Shown here piece by piece: positions 35,601-45,998 of a stretch of 64,000 nucleotides of DNA. Within the stretch, counting starts at the first letter, position 1, and every line of letters starts with the position of its first letter. Both the position numbers and the translations under genes were made by a program. Under the pieces are notes generated by a model. It was not told where the DNA came from. It made no database searches and saw only the letters and a list, made by a program, of their open reading frames with translations. This DNA is from Azolla caroliniana (Eukaryota > Plantae > Polypodiophyta): the NCBI GenBank assembly GCA_043228905.1, contig JBHGNT010000004.1:18166001-18230000 (forward strand). The letters run 5' to 3'.

Positions 35601-38600
35601 ACTCTATTCCTAAATGCGCTCCGGGAACCCCTACGCACGGTTTGCACGGTAATTGATTTCCGCACAAGTACCATCGACTAGGTCATTGACCGGGTGAGAG
35701 AGATGGAAAAGACAAGCTCCTGGCTCACACTGGGAGCACTCCAACGGGCGTTACCGTCCGATGAAGACCTCCGGTTTCGGCAAGCAATACAGTGCACAAC
35801 CTGCTTGAATTCCGGACACTCGGCACTGGAATGCACTATGAGGACGCAACGTGTAATCTGTCAATCCAAGGGCCATATGATAGATAGGTGCGAGTATAAT
35901 CTATTGAACTGGCAAGCACCGCCCGTCCGACAAATAGAGCCACACAGCAGCCGGGATGAAGAAGAGGAACGCTGGCGGCGAATGGACCGCGACCGACCGG
36001 CACAAGATGTCCGGTATGGTGATTGACGGGAGAATGATGTCCGGTACGGTGATCGGCGGGATAACTACGACCGGCATGATAGATATGATCGGTACCGGGA
36101 TTACAATAGACGATACGAACATTACGACCGGGAGCACTCCCCCGGGTATCGTCAGCAACGGGAGGAATACGGCAGATATAACGACCAACCTCGTCAAGAG
36201 TACCGCAATAAGAAGAACTATAACAAAAAACGGCATTTCAAAAAAGGCGACTACCCACGGGATCCGGAACAAGGAGCTTCAAGCAGCCAACCGGCCCAAA
36301 ACCCCGTGCTTACCACGGGACCGGCCTCGGGTACAACAGACAATGCCGAATCCAGCAATACCCAGAAATCCTACTGCTACTACTGCCGACAGGAAGGCCA
36401 CTATAGTAATCAATGCCCGGCGAAGAGCTATGACAAACGACCGACAGTAAATATGGTAGTCCCTGAAGTGGCAGATCTATAGCAGGTGACCACAAGGTCG
36501 AAGGGCATGGCCAAGGAATGGGAGACGCAGGAGACCATCCGGAAGCAAGCTACGGAATGGGTGAAAAAAGCAAACGAGCAAAATGTCACAGACATACAGC
36601 GGCAAAAGGAGAATATCGTAGGGCTTGCCGGTGGCAGTCACTCCGAGAACGAGACATGGCTGGCGTTGCAAGAATGCCAGATTACGCTGCCACTAGGAAG
36701 TCTCCTACAGCTCGTGCCAAGATTCACGGAAGGATTGAAGACGGCCATGACGGCAGGAGAATCATCACCGGCACCGGTACTCTTCTCGAATCCGGAGGAG
36801 GGCCCAACGGTGGTGGACACCAGCAGTCCGGTAATCACTGCCATTGTAAAAGGGAAAGAACTCCCCGGCACAGTAATAGACGGAGGCTCCGGGGTGAATG
36901 TAATAAGCCTGCGGACGTGTGATGACCTGGGAATCCACGAGTGAGAGCCGTGTCCGTTCTGGTTACCGATGGCTGATACAAGCTCAGTGCGGCCGACAGG
37001 ATTAATACGAAAATTAGAAGTCATCGTTGGCGGTCACACATTTCACATCTCGGTAGTAGTGCTACAATTACAGGCACAAGGCGCATACCCGCTATTGCTG
37101 GGGCGGCCGTGATTGAAAACGGCACATATCAAACAAAATTGGAGGAAAAATATAATTACCTTCCGGCGAGGAAAAGCTAAGGTACGCGTACCAACACAAC
37201 CAAGGACGAGCACTGGCAAGGAATGTACACCGTTGTATGCAGAGTGCGTCAACATGCTAGAAGGGTTAGCTAACGAAGAAGAAGCTCAGTACTTGCAGGA
37301 AAACCCGAAGATTGTACCCCTCTTCGAAATTGACATTGCCGAAGCAGTAGCACCATACTTACTGCAGCCGGAAGAGACTGAAGCAGAACCGGATAAAGAC
37401 GCAATCCGGGAGTTACGGCAAGCGCAGGAAGCGTTGGAATGGGAAATGGCCGTTTCACAGCGCGTAAAAGCGTCGCAACTTGAAGAGGTGAACCTAGGGA
37501 CTACAAACGAAGCAAAACCGGTGCACATCGCCAAGGAAATGAAGTCCGAAGACAAAACGGCGATAATCACACTTCTCAAGGAATTTCGCGACGTGTTCGC
37601 CTGGTCATACGAAGACATGCGAGGACTCGACCCTCAGTTATACCAGCATCAGATTCACTTGAGCAAGGACGCAAAACCCGTGGCACAAAGACGGTACCGG
37701 ATGAATCCCAATTATGCCGCAAAAGTCAAGGAGGAAATCGATAAACTGCTAAGAGTGGGCTTTATCCGTCCGGTAAAGAAAGCGACATGGCTGAGCCCGA
37801 TCGTAGTCGTACCGAAGAAGAACGGGAAAATTCGAGTTTGTGTGGACTACCGGAAACTCAATGCGGCTACGGTAACGGATGCGTTTCCACTTCCGTTCAC
37901 AGATGGAGTGTTGGATGTTGTCGCCGGCCATGAGGTCTATAGCTTTCTAGACGGATTCAGCGGGTATAATCAGATCCGGATGCACCCCGATGACCAAGAG
38001 AAAACAACTTTCGTCACCAAATCGGGGGTGTTTGTGGCCGTGGTGATGATGTTCGGACTCAAAACGGCACCGACAACATTTCAACGAATCATCATGGAAA
38101 TCTTTGGTGAATATATCCTGGCTTTTATGCAAGTTTTCCTTGACGATTTTGCCGTCTATAGCCGGGAGGAGGACCATTTTCAGCACCTCCGTCTTTGTCT
38201 AGAAAAGTGTAGAGCGTACCGGCTAAGCTTGAATCCGGCGAAGTGTGTATTTCGCGTGTCCAGTGGAACCTTACTAGGACATATTGTGAGCCAGGAAGGC
38301 ATTGCAGTCGACCCAGACAAAGTGAAAGCCATCTTAGAAGCACCAGCGCCGGCAACGGCAAAGGCATTGAGCCGGTTCTTAGGCCAGATCCGGTGGCATA
38401 GCCGGATGCTCCGATACTTGGCCGACCTTGCTACACCGTTGCATGTTGCCGTGCACCGAGGATAGGGCGTATAGGGCCCTCAAGGTACTATTGTCGCAAG
38501 CACCGGTAGTGCAGCCTTCGGATTGGAATAAAGAATTTCATGTGTTCGTGGACGCCTCCGACATCGCAATCGGAAGTGTACTGATGCAACGAAGTGTACT

Positions 38601-40131
38601 GATGCAACTTACGGAGCCAAAATAGTACCGGCCAGTGTACTATGCCAGCCGAAAGCTATCTCAAGCGGAACGGAACTACTCTACCACGGAAGGGGAAGCT
38701 CTAGGGATGATCTACAGTGTGACAAAGTTTCGGCATTATTTATTGGGAAGGAAGTTTTCCTTCCATGTAGATCATTTGGTACTCCTTTACCTGGTGTCCA
38801 CGGCGTCACTCACCGGTAAGTTGGCCCGGTGGACCTTACTGTTACAGGAATTCGAGTTTGAAATATTCCACCGACCCGGTATACAGCATGTCGTGGCGGA
38901 TTACTTAAGCCGATTAGAGTCTGGAGAGACGGGTGATGGAGTAGCGGACGAGTTTCCGAATGCAGAGCTGTTTCGAGTCACTACGGAAACGGCAGTAGAT
39001 GAGACAGTGGCACAGGAAGACAAGTGGCTCACAAACATGCACCAGTTTCTGAGCACAGAACTGCCTCCGGAAGAGATGAACCGGGACGAAAGGAAACGCT
39101 TGGCGGTGCAAAGCCGACATTTCTGTTTACTGCGAGACACACTTTACCACAAGGGCACGGACGACATATGGAGACGGGCTGTGTGTAGTGATGAAAAGGA
39201 CCTCATACTGAGGGAAGCCCACTGCGGAGTTGCCGGAGGTCACTATGCCGGAGATGCGACTGCCAGGAAAATATGGCAAAGTGGCCTATGGTGGCCAACG
39301 ACATTAAGAGATGATGTACGGTACGCAAAGGAATGTGACCTATGCCAGCGAATGGGCCAGCCAACGGAGCAGGCTCGGATGCCACACCAGCCGGTACTAC
39401 CACTCGAGCCATTTCAGAAGTGGGGGTTGGACTTTGTTGGACCGTTCAAACCACCGGCAATGAGAACAGGTAATCGGTACGTCGTCGTGGCGACAGATTA
39501 CTGCACGAAATGGGTTGAGGCCAAAGCCTTAAGAGACAACACCGCTGCGTCAACGGCAAAATTTCTATACGAGTACATCTGGTGCCGTTACGGTGTCGCG
39601 CCTTTCGGCTCCGGATCGTTGCGTGAGTCGGGTGGGAACCACAGAGGTCTTGGACTAGGAGAAAGAAGTTCGTGAGATAGAGATAAATTATGAATAAATA
39701 GCGAAGAGAAAGATAAGAAACTCGTGAATCACACGAGTATACTATATTAATTGGTACTTAGGGTGTTAAGAGAGAAGTAGACGTATAAATCGTGAATCCC
39801 ACGAATAATTTTTGTATTAATTAATACTTAATCCAAATAATCAACAACCCTTTACATATTTCTCTCCTCCTTATATACGGAAGGAAGAGCTAAGCATGGC
39901 TTCATGCTTTTTTTTATTTTTACAAAAAGTGTTCATGTCCACTAAATGTGCATGTGATGCTTTTTTATTTCCTAAGTATAGGGCTCATGCACGCTAGATG
40001 TGCATGAGTTATTTTTAGTGTCTCGTCTTTTTCATATATTAAAAAAATACACGATTTACCTTTTAATAAAGGTATGCATAAATAAAGGTCTTATACATAT
40101 TAAATCTATATTTAAAACACTTAAGATAATT

Positions 40132-40219
40132 TAATGTAATGGTAAGGTTGGGGTTTGTCAACGTGGAGGTGCAGAGTTCGAATCACGCCCCGCGCAGTAG
40201 TGAGTATTTCCTTTTTTTT
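40132..40219 (+). promoter_or_regulatory. tRNA-like Pol III A box, B box and oligo-T, antisense within the Gypsy-3 LTR (second copy about 46541-46629)
   Basis: TAATGTAATGGTAAG at 40132, GAGTTCGAATC at 40174, and T8 at 40212-40219. Confidence 0.5.
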
Positions 40220-40363
40220 ACATTTATGTCTCTATGCCGTTTTTCCTCCTTGCCGGTATGCCGTTTTCTTCCTTGCCGGTATGCCGTTTTTCCTCCGGTT
40301 CTCACCGAGCACTCCATTCTCTATCCGGAGGGACAAAAATATAATTTCCACATAGTGTGCAAC

Positions 40364-43300
40364 CTACACTACGACACTCGCCCCCTCCAAACCCGCACAT
40401 CCTCCGGTATGTGCCGAAGTTCTTGATTCTTCGTATCCGTCTTCATCCGAAGCTTCCTCCGATTCTCCCCTTATGTCGACTATGAGTTGTAACCCACTTT
40501 CTTCGCTTCCCGCATCATTGTGGTCTTCGTCCGATTGCTCCTCGTTGTCGGCCTCGACTTGGATCACATAAGGTTTGTCGTCGGTCCGCTTCTTGAAAAT
40601 CTTTACCCGCTTCCCGGCTATAGGCACTCGTAGTATTGTTCCATCCAACTCGGACAGTCGGTACGTCCCGTTGTCGAAGACCTTCCGAACCTCGTACGGC
40701 CCGAACCACCTTTTCGCGAATTTCCGCATCGTTGTATGTTGATGGTCCAAGCTACTATCATAGACGATCACCCAATCTCCTTCTTCAATCCTCCTCGGTC
40801 GTAGTCGGTGCTTTGTGTCGAACCGGCTTTTGTTCCGGAACCGTGCTTCTTGTTGTCGGCGTGACGCTTCCGCTACATCTTTCGGTCTTCCCTCCAGTTG
40901 TCGTATCCGGACCGCTAGTAGTTCTTCCCGGCTCATCTCTTCCTTCCACGGTAGTATTGTCCATGTCGCGATTGCGGTTTCCGTTGGCATTACCGGTGCT
41001 TGTCCAGTCATGAGTTCTGCCGGCATGTAACCGGTCACAGAGCTATGCGTCGTCCGATCCGCCCATAGTGCATACGGAAGCATTTGTGGCCAATCCTTCA
41101 CCCTTCCGTCGCATGCCTTCGCAAGTGCTTTCACGATCGGACTATGTCCTCGTTCGATCTTCCCGTTGGCCTCCGGATTGTAGGCCGTTGTCAACGTTAA
41201 CCGAACTCCATGTTTGGCGAAGAATCCCCTAGCTTTGTCCGAGTCGAGTTCTCCCCGGTCCGCAATCACTTGTCCTACGCAGCCGTACCTACAAAACACT
41301 TCTTCCAAAAGAAATTGGCACACCGCGGCACACGTTTTCCTCCGAAGCGCTCGACCTTCAACTTGGTTTGTGAGATCTTCTCGAGCTAACACCAAGTATT
41401 TCTTTTGTCCAATCCCGGTCGGCATAGCTACAATGTCGACCATCCACTTGAAGTTGATTGTCGGTGAGAATGTCGGATGCAGCTCATCTCGGTGTCGGAC
41501 CCCGGAGTAGACTTGACATTTCTCGCAACTTTCTGTGAACTCCGCGACATCTTTATACATGTTCTTCCACCAATATCTTTGCTTGATTTTCACAAAAGTC
41601 GCCCATGTTCCTCGATGTCCAGCCCAATCGGATTCGTGGAAATCGGACATTATCCGGTTTCGTTGCTCTTTCGTCCCGACTACTCGAAGTGGTATCCCAT
41701 CCGGTCTTTTCGGCGTCCTCCAAATTAAACCGTTTTCCAAGAAGAACTTTTGGACTTGCCTCTTCTTCCTTCGGATCTCGGCTCTCCTTTCTTTATCATT
41801 GGTTGAATCCTCGACCTCTTGTAGCATCTTCCCGATCATCAAGGTTTCCCCCTCGTATTCTTCTTCCCGGAATTCTCGGATCACGTTCACTCGGCATATG
41901 TGTTCTGACGTGAAGTAGTCTTCGGAAACTTCTTCATTATCTGACTCGGTTATGTCGTCTTCAAACCGCGCCCTCGATAACATGTCCGCTACCGCGTTGT
42001 CCTTCCCCGAGATGTGTCGAACCTCCGGATTAAGTGACTTGACATATGCAATCCACCTTAGCATAGCCACATCCGGTATCGTACAACACCGCATCATCCC
42101 GAGTATCGGAAGACAATCCGTCTCGATCACCACTTCAGCTCCGATCAAATAATCCCGATCCGATTTTATCGCCGACACGACTCCCCACAATTCTCTTTTG
42201 ACTTGTGCATATCCGCGTTGCCTTTCGTTGAGGACCTTTGCTCCAAATCGGATCGGATACCGCGAACCATCCGAGTCGGCTTGATTGATGACCCACCCGA
42301 TACCGGTTGGACTTGTATCAACCGTTACTATGATTGGCCGCTCGTAGCTTGGCTTCTTAAGTGATTCCGCCCTCCATAGTGTCTTCTTGAGCTTCCTCAT
42401 GGCTTTAGTGTGTTCCGGTTTCCACTCGAATTTCTTACCTTTCCGCAACAAGTGATAGAGCGGGTCCGCTATATGTGCATAGTGCGGAATCCATATGTGA
42501 TAGAATGCACACGCACCCAGAAACCTTCGGACTTCCGATGTTGACTCACATACTTCCTTCATAGCTTGAATCGCATCGACCTTTGTTGGTGACGGTCTTC
42601 GGCCGTAGGGTCCACATAGATGTCCGACCACCAATATTTCTTCTTGCCCGAATGCCGATTTCTCCCCGGAAAGTGTTAGGTGCACATCTTCTAGCTTTCG
42701 CAACACTTTCTCGCAATCATGAATATGGTCGACCACGAACTTTCGGCATCCCCGATCATCCATAGTCTCATCTTTTTCTTCCACCGCGCATCCTTTCATC
42801 GGAATGTCATCTAGAAACGGCATCGTTATCTCCGGAACGCAATCTCGAAGCACTTTGTTCATCGCGTTCATCATATGTGCAACCGAGTTTGTCGCTCCTT
42901 GTGGTAGTGTGCACATTCGAACTAGTCCTATCGGTGTCCGCATGGTAGTGATGTCTCGGCTCTCCACGGCTAGTTGGAATTGGTCATACCCCGAGTATAG
43001 GTCCCCGATGGAGTATATCGCACGTCCGGCAAAAGCTTCCGCGAATTCGTCCACTATCGGACCGACTCCCGAGTTCCGGATCGTGACCTTGTTCACCGGT
43101 TGCAAGTCTTGGATGAATCGGAGTGACCCATTCTTCTTCGGAACCGTAAACCATCGATTTGAGTACGGAGCACTTGATGGCTCTAGAATCCCCATCGCCA
43201 CCTTCTCCTTGAGCAAGTCGATGACTTTCGGAATATGCGCCCGTGGCACTGGAATCGGCTTCAGGTTCCACGGTACATGATCAATCGTAAAGATCACCAT

Positions 43301-43975
43301 CGGCTCCACTATCTTTGGATCAATGCATCCGATCTCCCTCGATGTGAACGCGAATGCTTTGCCATGTTGCTCCAACATCTCTCGAAACCGTTTTTCTTCT
43401 TCTTGTAAGAGGAACCCACCTCCACCGATCCGAAGTTTCTTCCGGGTCTCATCTGTGAAGGCATGTCCGATATCCACGGACTTCCGAAGTGTCGGATCTC
43501 CCGAGACTTCTTTCTTCTTTTGTTCGCTATCGGCGGGTAGTGGTCCCGCGGCCGGTTTCACCTTCTTCTCCACGGTCTTGTATTTCGTACTTACCATTGC
43601 TTCTTCTTTGCGGAGCGCATCCGGCCCCATTTTCGCAACGATCTCGTACATCTCGACCGATTCCACCGGGACTACCCGGTTCCCTTGGCTTTTATCTTCC
43701 GCAAGCTCTTCAAGCCGTTGTAGTGTATTCCCATAGAACACTTCCTCGATCACTCCCACGATTTCTTCGTCTTCTTTTATTATTGATGCCGACCGTAACT
43801 TATCCTCCACTTGTCGGTATTGTTTCTTCATTCCTCCGGTTACGGCCGTGTACGTAGATGCCCCATCCGGCCCGATTCGTACTTGTTTTGCTCCGAGAGT
43901 TTTCTTCCTGTGTGGGGTATCAGGGCTTCTCGGACTATCACTTCCCCACTCCGCAACAGTCCGCTTTAAAAATCC
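40364..43975 (-). CDS. Gypsy-3 pol (RT-RNase H-integrase), open frame probably entered by -1 frameshift
   Basis: GDLYSGYDQF, LPQGATNS, FLDD, TVDTS, H..GH...CEKC, WMVDIV, WFGPY; frame open from the slippery site at 43975. Confidence 0.9.
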   Translation of the reverse strand, partial: GFLKRTVAEWGSDSPRSPDTPHRKKTLGAKQVRIGPDGASTYTAVTGGMKKQYRQVEDKLRSASIIKEDEEIVGVIEEVFYGNTLQRLEELAEDKSQGNRVVPVESVEMYEIVAKMGPDALRKEEAMVSTKYKTVEKKVKPAAGPLPADSEQKKKEVSGDPTLRKSVDIGHAFTDETRKKLRIGGGGFLLQEEEKRFREMLEQHGKAFAFTSREIGCIDPKIVEPMVIFTIDHVPWNLKPIPVPRAHIPKVIDLLKEKVAMGILEPSSAPYSNRWFTVPKKNGSLRFIQDLQPVNKVTIRNSGVGPIVDEFAEAFAGRAIYSIGDLYSGYDQFQLAVESRDITTMRTPIGLVRMCTLPQGATNSVAHMMNAMNKVLRDCVPEITMPFLDDIPMKGCAVEEKDETMDDRGCRKFVVDHIHDCEKVLRKLEDVHLTLSGEKSAFGQEEILVVGHLCGPYGRRPSPTKVDAIQAMKEVCESTSEVRRFLGACAFYHIWIPHYAHIADPLYHLLRKGKKFEWKPEHTKAMRKLKKTLWRAESLKKPSYERPIIVTVDTSPTGIGWVINQADSDGSRYPIRFGAKVLNERQRGYAQVKRELWGVVSAIKSDRDYLIGAEVVIETDCLPILGMMRCCTIPDVAMLRWIAYVKSLNPEVRHISGKDNAVADMLSRARFEDDITESDNEEVSEDYFTSEHICRVNVIREFREEEYEGETLMIGKMLQEVEDSTNDKERRAEIRRKKRQVQKFFLENGLIWRTPKRPDGIPLRVVGTKEQRNRIMSDFHESDWAGHRGTWATFVKIKQRYWWKNMYKDVAEFTESCEKCQVYSGVRHRDELHPTFSPTINFKWMVDIVAMPTGIGQKKYLVLAREDLTNQVEGRALRRKTCAAVCQFLLEEVFCRYGCVGQVIADRGELDSDKARGFFAKHGVRLTLTTAYNPEANGKIERGHSPIVKALAKACDGRVKDWPQMLPYALWADRTTHSSVTGYMPAELMTGQAPVMPTETAIATWTILPWKEEMSREELLAVRIRQLEGRPKDVAEASRRQQEARFRNKSRFDTKHRLRPRRIEEGDWVIVYDSSLDHQHTTMRKFAKRWFGPYEVRKVFDNGTYRLSELDGTILRVPIAGKRVKIFKKRTDDKPYVIQVEADNEEQSDEDHNDAGSEESGLQLIVDIRGESEEASDEDGYEESRTSAHTGGCAGLEGASVVV
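43912..43975 (-). promoter_or_regulatory. Predicted -1 programmed ribosomal frameshift signal (G GAU UUU plus H-type pseudoknot)
   Basis: Slippery heptamer directly before the stop codon; 11-bp stem 5 nt downstream; loop GUGGGG complementary to downstream CCCCAC. Confidence 0.75.
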
Positions 43976-45965
43976 ATTCTCACTTGGGACAAGAGTTCCC
44001 TCTTGTTCCTTTCGTGATTTGCCGGCACCGTTAGGAATTGGACGGATTTCCCTCCGTTTTGGCTCCGAATTCGCGCAAAAGCCGCACCACTATCGAGCAC
44101 CTTCGTCTCCATCCGTGAAGCCGTGATAAAGGGTTGGCCGAGGATGACAGAATGTGAAACCTCATCCTGCACAAAGAAATTTTGGTCAATTTCTACATCC
44201 CCGATCTTTACCGTCACATCCGGACAAGCCGCAAATAGGTCTTCTGTCGTTTTCGTGGCTGCCCGAATCTTCCATCCATGGTTGGTGTTTATAGGCCACT
44301 TCCCCTTTCGGTAGAACTCCTTGGACATCAAGTTGATCTCCGATCCGTGATCAATCAATGCTAGCACGGGTTCTTTGATGTTGCCGATTCGGACCGGAGT
44401 CTCCGTAGTCGCACGTGCCCAGTGTGGCCTTGTATAGTGGGAGTTCGGAATTTCGCCTTCCACTTCGGTGTCGTTCATTGAAACGGTATTTGCATTCACC
44501 CTTGGAGCATTTTCCTCCGTACTTTGTCTCTTCCTTTTTACGAGATCCACGAGAAGATCGTGAAACTCCTTCTTCGCTATTCCGAGTAGTTCCCGCAGCG
44601 AAAAATCTACCCGGCTATCCAAGATTCTTTCCTCGAACACTCTTTTCAAGTCGGTTTGTTGTTCTATGTCCGAGGCGAGCTTGAATGCCGGAGTCGCCTT
44701 TTCTTTTCCCTTACCTCCGGAGTTCCAGCTTTCCGGTATCTTCGATGGTCCGGCCGCATCCTCCGTGCGCCGTCGTTTCTCGTCCACATACACCTCATGT
44801 AATTGACACAGGGCGTATATGCTATTCTTGTCGACAGGGCACTCCCATCCCGTAGCTTCCCGGACGCCTTCCGCGGTGTTTCGGATATCGTTGGAGTCGG
44901 TTTTCTCGATGTTTCCTAGCACCTCCGGCCAGAAAGACGCCTTCGCTCCCGTTGACTCCCCGACACATATTCCCGCGGTTGTCGCATAGTTGCTTCTTGC
45001 CGCTAACTCCTCCTCGAGCACCTTCTTCATGCCGCCTTTCCGGAAGTTCGGTCGGAGTGGCTTCCGAGAGTCCATCGAATGAATCCGGTTTCCCTCGTAG
45101 TAGATGAGATCCCGTCGTAGCGCTATCGCACCATATGCATCGTCGATCCGTATATTTGGAGCTTGTGGGGCGGTCATCCGACTTCTTCACCATCGCGATC
45201 TTTAGATTCTCCATCTCCTTCAGCAGCTGCTCCACCGTAGACGCGTCGACTCCCTTCTCGGCCGTAATCTCCCGAGCCCTCGGTTGATGGTCTTCCAGTC
45301 CCGTTCTCGGTTTCGGAATCGGTTCCGAAACCCTCTTTTCTTCGTTGGCAAGCCATTGCCCCCTCTTCGTGTAACGCGCGACGATATCCCGCACGCTTTC
45401 CCATGTTTCGGTGAGGCCGCTTTCGGTGGTCGTGTCCTCAAGAAGCACTCCGAGATCTTTCCGGTCCCGGACGTCCACAGCTCGCAAAAACATGATGACT
45501 TTGTCCGGTGCAAGAATAGTTTGATCTCTCGCGGACAACCTCCCGAACCGACTTTCGAATATCGAAAACACTTCGAGGACCTTCAGCCCCTTACCTGACG
45601 TTTCCACCCAATCCTCGAATCCCCTCCGCGTTGCCTTGGAGGAGTCCTCGATGGCAAACGTGGTCTTTAACGCCTCTTCGAATGCTTCCCACGTCGGATT
45701 TTGTTGTTGCAACCCGTGGATACTCCCTTGAAGCCCGTCAGTCGCCACCCGGTTAAAGGATGTCACTTGCAGTCCTTCCGAAGCCCGGCACCGGAGCATC
45801 TCCGCCTTGTAGTCCTGCAAATATCGCGACACATCCTTACCATTAAATTGCCCGTTGCGTTGCACGAGCCGCTCTACTGATGCCGAAATCTCCGACATCG
45901 TGCGTTGTTCTTGAAGCATCCGTTCGAACATCGCCATCATATTGTTAGCTTGTTGAGCCTCCATC
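43966..45965 (-). pseudogene. Gypsy-3 gag-protease, broken by a deletion/frameshift in the zinc knuckle near 45120
   Basis: Gag FNGKDVSRYL...TWEAFEEAL; truncated knuckle CIWCDSA; DUF4100-like FKLASDIE...ILDSRVDFSLRELL; protease ALIDHGSEINLM. Confidence 0.85.
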
Positions 45966-45980
45966 TCCTTGCCACCCGTC

Positions 45981-45998
45981 TTCACGTCGGGTTCACCA
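45981..45998 (-). promoter_or_regulatory. 18-nt primer-binding site for tRNA-Trp (TGGTGAACCCGACGTGAA)
   Basis: Complementary to the recalled plant tRNA-Trp 3' end UUCACGUCGGGUUCACCA; 4 nt from the 5' LTR. Confidence 0.88.

Noticed and set aside
40132-40197. A genuine tRNA gene in the Gypsy-3 LTR
   Set aside because: Acceptor, anticodon and T stems do not pair properly; kept only as a promoter-like relic
40233-40298. 24-bp repeats as a CRISPR-like array
   Set aside because: Head-to-tail units without spacers, inside a eukaryotic LTR
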